A DNA stretch of 64,000 nt from Chrysomallon squamiferum (GCA_012295275.1 CM022667.1:4092001-4156000); one strand, 5' to 3'. Positions 14,040 through 30,516 are shown, numbered from the stretch's first letter. Notes: a model not told the origin generated them from the sequence alone. Made by a program: numbers and translations.

Positions 14040-14300
14040 AACCTTTTACATATGAACGATAGCAATTCTCAGTAAATCTATTTTTAGCTTGGAGGCTAAA
14101 CCCCAACTGATTTCTAGGAAAAGAAAAACGAAACTAATAATAATCATTATAAACACCCTTACTTATTACTGTTTTCGAAGAAATGCAGATTATTTATTTA
14201 TTTATTTATTTTTATTTAATATGATTCCCACACTGAGTGGTCGCGAGTTCTAACTCAGCGTCACTCAATAGGTGACAATCATTAGACTCATAGGTAAATC
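13021..14300 (+). repeat. Upstream/intergenic duplicon of the TNF cluster (copy B)
   Basis: Colinear near-identity to ~4596-5820, including the (GA)n tract. Confidence 0.9.
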
Positions 14301-14593
14301 CCCAAACGGAAAAATAAAAATAGAAAGTAGTAATGTTCCTTTTATACGCCTCCATTCTTGAAGAAACAAATGAACAGTCACAGGACAGTCATAGGACAGC
14401 TAATTAAAAATATTGGATAAGCTTTATATCTGATCCGAATCACTGATTGCTTACGTCAGTAATGTGTATGAAGATTTCATTGTTCAGAAACCTTAAAAAC
14501 GAAACATCAAACGAACAATCCTAGTTGCAGTTTCTGTGTCTAAGCCATATACAAGCTTCCTCTGAGAAAAAGGAAAGAAAGAAAAAAAAAGAA

Positions 14594-17154
<2,561 letters not shown>

Positions 17155-17236
17155 TGTTTACTACTATTACTTCTTAGTATTATTGCTACTACTACTATCA
17201 CTATGATTATTATTATTATTATTACTCTTTCTATTT

Positions 17237-17267
<31 letters not shown>

Positions 17268-17363
17268 TGATGATGATGGTGATAATTATTATCATCTTAA
17301 TCATCACCATTACTTTTATTATTATTATTATTATAAATAGAAACAGAAATAATAATAATAATG

Positions 17364-17423
<60 letters not shown>

Positions 17424-17829
17424 GTACTAGTAGTAGCAAGTTGAAGTAGTAATAGTAATAATACATAACATATTTAGCTGTTTAGATAGTGTGTTATTTT
17501 TCTCACGATTACGTCAATGCTAAACCAGAATAGTTATATACACCTTTATATACATACGTACCTATTTACTTATTTTTTATTGTCTGTTGCTAACTTCTTC
17601 ATTTTGTTACTATTACTGTTGTTGTTGTTTTTTGTTTGTTTTTTTGACAGTTGTTGGTGTACAGTACCAGCGATAACTATTGTAACAAAAAGAAACATTA
17701 TATAAATAAAGAAATTATTTTTATATCTGATATTTACATGCTATGTTTTAGCCAGTGGAACTTTCGATTACAATTTTGTAAAAATTTTAACTTTTTAGAC
17801 AGTGTTATTTCTGAAAGATATTTATCAGT

Positions 17830-18110
17830 TTAGACTGTTATTTCTCAGTGTGACATATTTAACTGCTTAGATAGTGTTATTTCTCAGTGTGACATATTTA
17901 ACTGCTTAGATAGTGTTATTTCTTAGCGTGACATATTCAACTGTTTTGATAGTGTTATTTCTCAGTGTGACATATTTAACTGTTTAGATAGTGTTATTTC
18001 TCAGTGTGACATATTTAACTGTTTAGATAGTGTTATTTCTCAGTGTGACATATTTACCTGTTTAGATAGTGTTATTTCTCATTGTGACATATTTAACTGT
18101 TTAGATATTA
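17830..18110. repeat. 39-40-bp tandem repeat x7 downstream of TNF copy 4
   Basis: Unit gatagtgttatttctcagtgtgacatatttaactgttta, head to tail with no spacers. Confidence 0.95.
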
Positions 18111-18313
18111 TTTTATATAAATAAAAAAATTATTTTTCTCTCTGACATTTGCATGTTTTATTTTGACCAGTGAAACTTTCAACTACTTGGAGTTGTTTGT
18201 AACAGCGCAGACATCAGTGTTTAGAGACGAAAACAAAAAAGTTGATTTGACGACGTGAGAATCAGAACATTAAGTCCTTATAAAACACAACTGACTTACT
18301 TACACACACACAG

Positions 18314-18356
<43 letters not shown>

Positions 18357-18735
18357 TAATAGATAGTTAGATGGTCAGATAAACTTAGATGCTTAGTATT
18401 CGTCGTTTTTTTTTTTTTTTTTTTTTGATACGTACATTATTTATATTTCCACAATTGGGCAATTAAAAAAATGTGTCTGAGAACGTGCTGTTACTAGGAG
18501 AACTTGGGCGAGAATTAACTATATATATATATATAATTATCTATTAAGTACTTTAAAAAGAGAGACAATTTTTGGTAACTTTCTTTTATGATCACACAAG
18601 AGTTGTCGTTCTTGAAGTTTCTGCTTAAACCGCAGACGCCGAGTCAATCAAGTAGACCGTGCAAAAATAAAAATAAACTGTAACCCAGTCGTGTGTTAAG
18701 CGTAACACAGTCGTTTTGTTTTAAAGAAAAAGTAA

Positions 18736-18790
<55 letters not shown>

Positions 18791-19929
18791 TAAATAAATA
18801 AAAAATAAAATAAAAATATTTTTGTCATCAAATAACGAGAACGAATTAAAAAGACTCTACACGGAAGTGTTGATTCTTGAAATGTTAATAAACTGACCCA
18901 TTCGCTTCGAACATTGCACGATCTGATTCACAATCACGGTTATAAATATTATTGTCGTGTTTTGTCACGTGATCATTTATTTTCGAACTTAACAGATGAA
19001 AACAGGATTACAGATCAGTTTGTTCTTTTCAGTAAGTCCACATTTTTAGTTTTACACAGAAATTACTAGTCTGGTATTCCTACTCCATTTGTAAAGTAAA
19101 TTACCAAGCAGTTCCGGTTAATCGATTGTAGGTACGTTGTCATGGCGATTGTATATTTAAAAGATGACGTAGAAACGTCACTCGATAATGATGACGTTAA
19201 ATTATTCAGCTTTGCAGTCCGCATTTTACCCCCCACACTGTTTCACTGACCTCTTTTTATTACAACGAACTCGCAAAGTATTTGATGATCTTTGCAGTCC
19301 GGCGATTACCCCATATCTCTTTATTTGCTTTTTGTCTGCAAGTAATTAAGCTTCCAACGAAACGTTAATGAGCAGACGTGTTCAGCTGGTCCTGTTTCTT
19401 CAGCTGCTGTCTTCAGACGAAATGTTCAGATTTGCTAAACTGTAAGCAGTTAATCGTGCCAGAAATACTACCAACCCAATTTTTTTTTCTTCTTCTTCTT
19501 CTTATCTTTAATTATGTAAGTACTGCGATAGCTATGTGCAGTCGGTGATATGGTGGATGCCTATTAAAGCTAAAAAATCTGTACTAGTATCTTAAACAGC
19601 TCTTAGAGTTGAAATGCTTATATTTGTAAGTTTATGATGGTAGAGCTATCCAAGGACAAAACTAGCGACACATTATCTACAGATATACATGCTCACAAAC
19701 ATACACATACACATATACACACACATGTGTGTATGTATGTGTGTGTATATGTGAAAATATATAGAACTGTAAAACACAGCAAACAACAGTCTGTGTATTT
19801 ATGCAGGAATTCCAAAGTGAAACAGTCCAAGTGCGGTGACTGATGAACATCTTCTGTCAAATCTCTTCAGAAATCTTAATTTTGACACTGTTTAAAAAAA
19901 AAAAAAAAAAAAAAAAGGTAAAGGAATCC

Positions 19930-20600
19930 TAAAGTAGCTATACGATCAACGACTCTGCCTCATAAAGACGTTACCTCAGCTTGTTTTATACCGAACCACT
20001 CGATAAGTCGAATTTGGTTAGCGGCTGATCAAGTCTATTCTCCTCAACCAAAACCTCCTGAATTGTGTTTGAAGGTTCTTGTTTGGGAGCAAAATGATAG
20101 TTTTTTTTATTATTATTATATATATATTTTTTGATAAGATGTCGATTTATCTGATTAAATCTGGAAGAAAAGTGATATTGAAGCCGGTTACGTATGCATT
20201 GTCCACCTTGGTTAATCGAAGTTATTTAGGCACATCACTTCCCGGTATAATGTCAGTCACAGGCTGTGTGTTGGAGACGTTCAGTACAAAATCTGTGAAG
20301 GTTTTCAGTTGTTTATTTTAAATAATTCTCAGGCCAGAAAAAGCAAATAATCTACAATCTCGATTGTTCTTGTGATCTCGAAATAGCCTTTTCATTTAAA
20401 ATTTGGTTCAAAACATTCGACATACATAAATAAATAATAAGAAGGTCACTCGGTACAGTACACATTTCCTTAAACAGACTCCTCTTTTGTTTGATATAAC
20501 TTACCCAGGTGAAATTCAACATCAGCTCCATTTACATTCACATCATCATACACTGTACGTAACGTTTTTAAATACTGTTATAATATAATTCATTCTTTTC
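19930..20600 (+). repeat. Orphan third copy of the TNF upstream duplicon
   Basis: Matches ~4280-5120 with deletions. No TNF exon follows it. Confidence 0.85.
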
Positions 20601-20680
20601 TTTTTTTTTTTTTTTTTTTTTTTTTTTGTCATTTGAATGGTAAGGCGCAAAATAATAATGTTTTACCGTAGCATGTCAAT

Positions 20681-20764
<84 letters not shown>

Positions 20765-21238
20765 CGACCGACCCGTTCAAGGAATGTGACAGCATGATTA
20801 TGTTATAACTCATCTCACCCGTTTTAATTAATATTTTCCTGTTGTTTTCACGTTTTTCGATAGAACAGGTAGATAAACAGTGATGCGTGATTCACTCGGC
20901 TGAGAACAAGGCGAATAACACGTGATTTTTATCTTGGAACTGCAGCGCCAAATTACACAGCTGATAACTCCACTTATTTCCCTTTACATTCAGCCATTTC
21001 AGGAAGAACAGACCTCAAATTTATTGTTACTATTGTTATTAGCTGTACGTTATTGCTGATATTATTATTATTGTTAACTATTATTATTATCATTAGTATT
21101 ATTATTACTATTATTTTTATTAATATTAATATTATTCTAATGTAAATGTGTAAAAAGAACATATGTAACCTGTTAGTATGTTGGAAGTATCAGTCGGTGT
21201 TGAGTACTTTAGGTGAACAATAAAGAGGTTAGTTCAAA

Positions 21239-21673
21239 TGAGCCGAGTAATAACAAAAGTGTCAAACCATTGATGAATCTTATCCTCTTTGAATAATCGC
21301 CCTGCCAAAACTTTCTTCCAAACCTCTTCTCTTTTCTTACTTTCCCATCGCTGTATTTCCTCCGTGGCTTAAAAATAGAACAGGAAAATAAATACTAAAC
21401 ATGATTAACCCAGTTAGTTTTGCTATACGTATCGCTTCCAGCCGTGTTTCAGATCCGCCCACTGCTAAGCGGAATAGTCATTTTTCAGACATTCATTTTC
21501 GCCATGTCCAATCTTTCGATCGGTAATTCCTCCATCCATCTTGCGCACTGCTGCCTTACGTTCCGGCGCTAGAAAAAATACTGACCTTGGCTAAAGGGTT
21601 TTATGATTGTTTACTGAAACCTGTTCTTATATTATCACTTTAACATATAACCGAATGTAACGTATGAGTGTGC

Positions 21674-21719
<46 letters not shown>

Positions 21720-21799
21720 CTGATTGCTGGATTACCGATGGAGGAATGAATAACTAACACATTGATTCAATTTATATTTCTCACTTATAGATCTAAAAC

Positions 21800-21896
<97 letters not shown>

Positions 21897-21989
21897 GTGT
21901 GTATATATGTACGTATGTGTGTGTATATATACAGGACACTGTACATGTATTTTACGAGTATGATTATATACACAGAACATTAATGTTTA

Positions 21990-22048
<59 letters not shown>

Positions 22049-22634
22049 AGAATGTGTTTTGGATATATTAATTTCTTATATATATATATATATATCATTT
22101 CAGTTCTTTTGTTTTGTTTTTAAAAACAAGTTAAAACAACGCATGTTTGAACACCAAACAGAAAAGGCGGACGGTCGATAACAGGTCTACAAGACACATA
22201 AACGTAAACAGATCTATAACAGATCTAGCAAATTGCTTGACCGTACAAACGAGTAATTACTATTAGTCGATCGTGTTTATTCATTATGGCTTTCAAATAC
22301 AGAGCAAACAAATACATCAGACCTGTTCAGGAGTTTTTGCTCTGGCGTCGTAAAATTCCGGTTTTCGAGGCGCGCGCAGCCGACACACTGTGACAACACG
22401 ACTGTGTTGCCTAGCGAGATGCTGGCCACTTCCCATGCAGCTAACGACTGGGGAAACGAAACTGCAAGAGAAATGAAGACAATTCTTTACTGTTTTCTTA
22501 ATTTTAATTTAAAAAAAAAAAAAAAAAAAACTGTTTTTTTAAACTGTTGTATTTTATTATAGTAATTAAATAACATATAAAAAATGTCAGTGCAGTCTCT
22601 ACCATTTCTTCTTCTTCTTCTTCTTCTTCTTCTT

Positions 22635-22716
<82 letters not shown>

Positions 22717-24408
22717 ACCTTTGTCTCTTTCCGCTATATCTCTGTCTTTCTCCATTTTTCTCTATTTCTATTTATTTTCTACATGTCTCTCTCGAAATTA
22801 ACATTACCAGCTATTAATATAAGACAAAAATAAATAAATAAATAAATAAATAAATAAAAATAAAAACTAAAAAATAAAAAAATAAAAAAATAAAAAAACA
22901 AAAAAATAAAGTATATCTAAATAAATAAATAAATAAAAAATATAAAATAAATAACTAAATAAGTTAATTCAAATCACCTCCTTCATTTGAATTGTGTTTG
23001 TGTGTTATCATCATCATCATCATCATCATTATTATTATTATTTTACTTTAATCAAATTTGGCACGCTTCTCAATCAAATTTTGTGTACTATATCTACTTC
23101 ATACAATATTAATGATTTTTCTTAAACATCAGGGGATGTGCAAATGCCAGGATAATTCTCAGAGAGACTTCAAAATGTGAACGAAATCGCTTTAAACTGA
23201 CTAAAGTGTTGCCAAGCAGTCTAGGACTCAATATTACATTTAGTATCACAAGTGTCTACTCCACTTGAAAATAATAGACATAATAGTTTGTTACTTATCT
23301 GTTAGTTATTTCCAGTTTTCTTCTTATTATAGTTACCACCAGCAGTATTATAATAGTAATTATAATAATAATAATAACAACAGCTACAGTATCAACAACA
23401 ACAACAACAACATAATAATAATAAGAAGAATAAGAATAATAATTCTGATAAATATGCCAGTTAGGCAATGATATCGTGAATACAAATAACACACTAACAG
23501 ATACCCACCCATACATACCTAAACACACATACATGCACACATGCACACTCGTATACACAGGCACACAGAAATACAGAAACCTATCCATCCACACAGACAC
23601 ACACACATACACACTCACATACACACACATACACAGATATACACGCCCAGAAACACAAGCCACACAAACACATATACATAGATAGACAAAATCACATATA
23701 CACACACAGACACACAGACACACATACAAACATATATTCACATACACATATACATACTCACATATAAAGACACATAAATACAGACACACATACATACATA
23801 GAGATATACACGCACAGAAACACACATCACACATACACATATACACACACAGAGACACAGTCACATATATACACATACACACAGCCACACACACATACAT
23901 ACACACACATACACACGCATAGACACACACATACAACATGCACACATGTATACACACACACACACACACAAATACACACACAAACAGCCAAATACACAAA
24001 GCCATACACACACACAGACACACAAACACACATACCACACAAAAATACACACACACATAGAAACACAGACAAAAGAAGAAAAAGAAAACAGCATCTCGAA
24101 AAATGAAGCGTTCTCGTGGTAATTATGCCATTCATAGTTGAAACTGTTTGCAAAGTGACAAGTACATGCAATATTTTACTATTATCGACACGTTCAACAT
24201 TTTAATTCCTGCGTTCTTGTCGTTCCTTGGCGTAAACACATGTAAAACAAAACCGTCTGCCACTGTTATTTTTGGCCCAGACAACTAAAACAACAACAAT
24301 CTGACACAACTAATTGTCTCCGTCGCAGTTCGAAACCCGATCATATCATCTTTCTCCATTATTCGAAGACGTCCCCAAATCAGAGAGAAACAACCCTAGC
24401 ACATGATG

Positions 24409-24444
<36 letters not shown>

Positions 24445-24564
24445 GACATTTTGACGTCATAATGATTGTTTTTTCGTCATTCCACTGAAATTAAATGATT
24501 CTTATTTAAATAACAATATTGTAATCGCGCAAAATTCATAGATAGTCCCAATACTGCATGTCGT

Positions 24565-24598
<34 letters not shown>

Positions 24599-24881
24599 GA
24601 CATTTTGACGTCATAATGATTGTTTTTTCGTCATTCCACTGAAATTAAAAATGTCTTATTTAAATAACACTATTTTAATTCCACAGAATTCATTGGTTAT
24701 TCCCAAATACGTCATATCATTATAATATTTAAAATAATAATACGACCCACATTTTGATGTCATAATGGTTGCTTTTACGTCATTCCAAAGAAATTAAAAG
24801 TTTCTTATTTAAATAACACTATTTTAATTGCGCAGAATTCATTGGTTATTCCCAATTACGTCATGTCATTATAATATTTAA

Positions 24882-24920
<39 letters not shown>

Positions 24921-25506
24921 GGCAGCCAAGGTATCTTTAGGTGGTGACATTTCTGTTTGAGACAGCTCGTTGCTAGCGGCAACGCAATTCGTAAATTTAA
25001 AAATCTCGTAAATTCACGTCAGTGCGGGATATCTATTAAGCTTCAGAATGCGACAGTGGATGTGAAATAAAATAACGACAGTACGACACAAGTAAACAGG
25101 CTGACTGTTATTATTGCGTCTCATCATTCATGAGCGAATTTACCTCCGCGTCCTGAATATTCATCAGCGTATTTAACTCTACCTACTGAATAATCATCAA
25201 GCGAATTTTTTTTATTCATCCACCTACCTACTGAATAATTGATTACCTCCACCTACTTAATATTCATGAACAATTGTTCTTTACCTCCGCCTTCTGAATA
25301 TTCATGAGTGCATTTTCTTTCGCCGTTCTCCACCAGTTGTAATTCATGGGCGAACGCGAAAAGACACGATCGCTATGCTGGGGAATTGTTGAAAAATAGG
25401 AATTGTTGTTGTGACGGAACACGGAATGTACTGAACGGAGAAAAGGTAAGTTGTAGCTGTGAGATTCAGCAAGTGAAAAAGTAATGTTTGGAATTTCGCG
25501 TCTGTT
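21239..25506 (-). other. Candidate exons of an unidentified minus-strand gene or pseudogene
   Basis: AG/GT-bounded non-repetitive blocks at 25285-25506 (74 open codons, NRREIPN..WWRTAKENALMNIQKAE), 22323-22461 (open), 21429-21568 (RRNVRQQCARWMEELPIERLDMAK then stop) and 21239-21367. The phases do not all join and I recognise no family. Confidence 0.3.
24410..24920. repeat. ~150-bp tandem repeat x3
   Basis: cattttgacgtcataatgattgttttttcgtcattccactgaaattaaa starts near 24446, 24601 and 24750, separated by (AAT)n. Confidence 0.9.
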
Positions 25507-25689
25507 CTGAGTGTGAAATACGTTGAAATAAAACATGTAGAATGATGAATTGAAGAAAGAAAAACAAAATCATTCTGAAGAATGGGAAAAAAGAAAATAA
25601 ATGTTGATAAATTTAGAATTAATAAAATAAAGGAAAGAGAATGAAAGAAAATAAGAAAGAAGAAATATATAGGGACTATAGTTAATGAA

Positions 25690-25728
<39 letters not shown>

Positions 25729-25967
25729 AGCATTCATTGTCTTTTTAAACTCTTTTTCTTTATTTCATTCTTTCTTCTTCTTTTTCTTCTTTTTTTTTTC
25801 TTCTTCTTCTTCTTCTTCTTACCATTTTCATTGTCATCATTATTATCTTCATTACTATTACTATTAATGATAAAAACCTATTAAAATATCTGAATGCAGC
25901 CAGTATTAAAACAACAATTATTAAGTCTTGTTTTTGGCACTATCAGTTTAGCACATATGTTTGCGTA

Positions 25968-26016
<49 letters not shown>

Positions 26017-26170
26017 GTATTTGTATATTTGTATGTAGTGGATATCCATTTAAATCTTTATAGTTAAAAAAAATCGATTATAAAGATTAATAATTTCCGT
26101 TTATCTCAAAATATAAAGTCTAAAAATAAAATTACTGAATTTCTGTTTTTGCATATTTCGTCGTCTTCTT

Positions 26171-26201
<31 letters not shown>

Positions 26202-26829
26202 TTATTATTAATTATTATTAATTACTATTATCACCGATATCGTTATCATCATCATCATCATTACTATTACCATCATTTTCATTATTATTATTGATATTAT
26301 TAATTATTATCATTATCATTATTATTTTAACATTTTGATTCTCATACAAATAATAAATAAATAATTTTAAGGCATTTTAAAAATATAAGAACAAATTTAT
26401 TTTATTATTATTATTTTAATATTTTTTTTCTAGACGTTTACTTGTTTCTTGTTTCGGTCTGTGTGTTATTGTTCTGGCGAGTTTGGAGACAAAATATAAT
26501 TGTTATTTTTATACGTTGGCTTACTTCCAGATGTCACTCAACACAACATAATTACACAGCAGACAAAAACAATAACAGTCAGCTATGAAATTGTTGGTAC
26601 GTTTAGCTAACATAAACACTACACTGGTTTTTACAATTGATTAATATGCCGCGAAGTGAACCAGTCATTAATTTGGCGCGAAAGTAACGTAACCAAAAAA
26701 TACTAACGTTTATGATTAATAATAATAATAATAATAATAATAACAATAATAAGGATAATAATAATAATAATAACAGTAATGATAATAGTAGTAATAATGA
26801 TGAGGTTGATGATGATGATGATGATGATG

Positions 26830-26860
<31 letters not shown>

Positions 26861-27573
26861 TATGATCATCACTATTACTTTTATTATTGTTGTTGTTGTT
26901 ATTATTAATAGTAGTAATAATAGAAGCAGTTATAATAATAATAACAGTAGTAGCAGTAGTAGAAATTGTAATAAATAATAATAATAATAATAGTAATAAA
27001 TAATAATAATAATAATAAAAGTAGTAGTAGCAGTAGTTGTTGTTGTTGTTGTAGTAGTAATAAATAATAATAATAATAATGATAGTAGTAGTAGTAGTAG
27101 TAATAGTAGTAGTAACATTAAATTCATAAAAAACGATTCCCCTCAAAGCTTCAATCTATCCCTGAACCATCAAAAACAAAAGCGACATAATCACGGAGCG
27201 ATCTATATACATGTATATAATAAATTATTATTATTATTATTTTTATTATTATTATTACACAGCTCACCCTTTGAACTCTTAAGGAAGACAGATATGCGGA
27301 GAAATAACAAGTTGTATTTTCTGGACGAATATTTTGTGGTACAGAACCGTCACGGTTCTTTGTGGAAAGGAAAATATCGTTTAGCGTTTAACCTCTCGTT
27401 TCTGCGTTAATTTTACGTTTCAATGGAGACGAGAAAGTCTCGTAAAAAAATACAAACTAACACTGGACTGCTTGGTGTGAGCTGAACAGTGTATGGCTGG
27501 ACTTGCAAAAATACGCTTTTTTTTTTTTTTTTTTTTTTTTTTTATTTATGCAGTGTGTGGTGATATGAGTCTG

Positions 27574-27643
<70 letters not shown>

Positions 27644-27839
27644 CTAAAGAAGTTACAAAGATCAATGAAAAAATTATATTTTGTTTTCATTATTTTCTCT
27701 CTAGCTCTTTCTCACTCATGTTGATGATGATGATGATGATGACGACGACGATTAATAATAATAATAATTTGAAAGCTCTGCATACATACCTACATCGGTA
27801 CATAAAAAAACACACGTGTGTGTGTGTGTTTGTGTAGTT

Positions 27840-27884
<45 letters not shown>

Positions 27885-29382
27885 ATATATATATATATAG
27901 ATATATATATATATATAATACATGATATAAACATATACTTATAAGTATATGTTTATATGCATGTATGTATATGCTTGTAATAATATGAATGATGAAAAAG
28001 AAATATGTACTTTGATTTATAATTTATTAATTATTATTTATAATTATACCTTTACGTTATGATATATATTAATTACTTTTTTCTTTTGCTGTTCAGAGTG
28101 TAAAAAGATCGAATTTCATCTGAAGTGAAAATGGCATAAAAAGAAGAAAAGAAAAGAAAAGAAAAGTCAGAAATATCCCGAAGTGTTTTACTTAACCTGA
28201 TCTCTAGTGCAAATACCATGTGACTGGAAAGATCCAATCAGATATAAGCTTGCCGTTGATCAGTCGTGTGGAAACAATCACGTGATACAGAATTTTTACC
28301 AAATACTTTGACGTTTGCTATTAAGAGCCAATCAAATCATCCTTTTTATATTATTCAGTTGCACGTGACCAAACTATTTTTCGATGAACTGAATTCACGA
28401 TTCGTTTTAATAGTTATCTTCATGTTTCACTGAAATAACTTTTCAGTGTGTCTTAAGATAACAGGGATAAAAAAAAGGAAAAAAAAGAAGAAGAAGAAGA
28501 AGAAGATTTTGTTTCATAGAATATGAATAATAACTCTATTTCCTCAAGGAATGCAAATGAAAATTAACGCAGCGCTCTGACCCATAAACCAACAGCTGTT
28601 ATACATTGTAGCGAACAGAAATATTCCTTAGGAGCTCACATCGTAGATTATTTTTTCTCTTGTGTATTTGTGTTAATGATATTTTACGCAAGCAAAAAAA
28701 AAAAAACCACATCTTGGGAAATGTTCTGTTTTGAGAAACAACAAAATAATTCACTTATCTTTAAAATTTACTGTGACAGTTAGTTATTCACGTCATCTGA
28801 ACTGAACAACGTGACATTGCCGTCGTACTTACAACATATACACTGACGTATAGATCAACTATTACATTCAAAATAAAAATGCATTGACTGCCTGATTAAA
28901 CGCATTACTACAGCATCTACAGTGAAATTTGTTTTCCTCTTTTGATGGTCTCGTCATGTTGAATGCTATTATTATGTTTTATAAATACAGACACGAAAAT
29001 GGAATTATTCTGTTGTTTTCTGCACGATGTTGTTAACAAGGGACACATATTAATAAATAAGACAATTGCTCTGACGGAATCTAAGTGAACCTGAGTGTCT
29101 CAGTAATAGGTCTAACACGTTTTTCGTTTTAAAACGGAGGATGTGAAATTTACTGTTCCTGTGCTATTCGAGATTTTCTATATTGTTCTAAGACGTTGAG
29201 TCAGACGTTGTAAGTCTTCACACTGTAAAATGTTTAAACTAAATTCATTTCTCACAATCGTACAATCACGTTATTAATAATTAATCACACATCAGAGAGA
29301 AATATTCACATCGCGAACATTTAAATAATTTTTACCTTGATCATTTCCGAGCTGTTGTGGGCGTTGGGTATTTTTTTTCAAG

Positions 29383-30516
29383 ATGTCTGCCCCGGCCGAC
29401 AACGTCGACGAAGAGTTCGAGACGTACTCGTTCCTGTCGTTCTACATCCTCGGCTTCGTCCGCGTGGTCATCGCCATTTTGGGCGTCATCGCCAACGTGA
29501 TGTCGATCAAAGTCCTCACCGACAAGAGCATCCGATCAGCGACGTCCATCCTGCTCATCTCCCTCGTCGTCTACGACACGTTCTTTCTCATCGCCACGGC
29601 AACGTCGGTCATCACGGGCCTCCTCCCCGAGTCCGCCCTCGACGACAACGTCTACCTCCCGCTGGCGTCGTTCATGTTCCCGATCCGCTTCGTCATGCAG
29701 GTGGGCTCCCACTACACGACGGTGGCGCTGACGGTGGAGCGGTTCATTGTCGTCGTGAAGCCGTTCAAGGCGAAGGTCATCTGGACGATGAAGAACGCGA
29801 GGCGCGTCATCCTCGCCGTCTTCGTCTTCACCGTCGTCTTCAACGTGCCCAGGTTCATCGTCTTCTCGTCCATCCCTTCCACGAACGTCACGGACGACAA
29901 ACCGATCGTTGCCGACGACAACATTCACTTCTGGTACAGTCGCGTGTACGAGGTCTACCTGACGCTCGTCATCTTCTACATCGTCCCTTACGCCGTCATC
30001 ATGACGCTCAACATACGCCTCATCATCGAGCTGAGGAAAAGTTCCAAAGAGACGAGGAAGATGAGCACGAGGCACGAAGAGCAGACGGCTGTGCGTCCGT
30101 CGCCATCGCAACACGAAGACGGCCTGACGATCATCATCCTCGGACTGACGTCATCGTTTTTCGTGTGTTGCGTCATCCCTATGACGTTGCTGATTATAAT
30201 GGTCCTCGGGCCGGACATTTTTTCGGACCCGAGCAAGATCTACCTGCTGCCTGTGAGCGACACCATGCTGTGTCTCAACTCAGCCACGGACTTCATTTTC
30301 TACTGTCTACTCGGACGCGGTTTAGGGAAATTTTCTGCAGAATGTTCTGTAGAAGAAAGAGACCGAGAGGTCAGAGGTCAGGTACGTACGTCATGTCGGC
30401 GACGAACGTATCCAGGCCTCTCAGTGACGTCACGGAGCCTCTTTCCAAGTCTGCGGACGCAAACGGCTGCGTGTAGACTCGTATGTTTGTTAGGTCTGTC
30501 ACTCGTGCAATTTTAA
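29383..30516 (+). CDS. Class A (rhodopsin-like) GPCR, FMRFamide/sex-peptide-receptor-like clade, intronless, with a probable 1-nt frameshift near 30319
   Basis: Seven hydrophobic segments. Motifs: TM1 GVIAN, TM2 LISLVVYD, TM3 TVALTVERF, TM4 FNVPRF, TM5 IVP..LN, TM6 FFVCCVIP, TM7 NSATDFIFY. The helix-8 sequence FREIFCRMFC lies in the neighbouring frame, which ends at 30476. Confidence 0.9.
   Translation: MSAPADNVDEEFETYSFLSFYILGFVRVVIAILGVIANVMSIKVLTDKSIRSATSILLISLVVYDTFFLIATATSVITGLLPESALDDNVYLPLASFMFPIRFVMQVGSHYTTVALTVERFIVVVKPFKAKVIWTMKNARRVILAVFVFTVVFNVPRFIVFSSIPSTNVTDDKPIVADDNIHFWYSRVYEVYLTLVIFYIVPYAVIMTLNIRLIIELRKSSKETRKMSTRHEEQTAVRPSPSQHEDGLTIIILGLTSSFFVCCVIPMTLLIIMVLGPDIFSDPSKIYLLPVSDTMLCLNSATDFIFYCLLGRGLGKFSAECSVEERDREVRGQVRTSCRRRTYPGLSVTSRSLFPSLRTQTAACRLVCLLGLSLVQF

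Noticed and set aside
17830-18110. CRISPR-like regular repeats (also 48760-49022)
   Set aside because: Units are head to tail with no unique spacers, there are no cas genes, and the context is eukaryotic.
23295-24171. Cys/Val-rich ORFs (also 45701-46031 and the many ERER, LSLS, YIYI, NNN and III ORFs)
   Set aside because: They are translations of CA, GA, TA and AAT microsatellites.
29337-30476. 379-aa overlapping ORF, and antisense ORFs, over the GPCR as separate genes
   Set aside because: They are shadows of high GC3 codon usage. Only the last ~52 codons of 29337-30476 look real, as the displaced GPCR tail.
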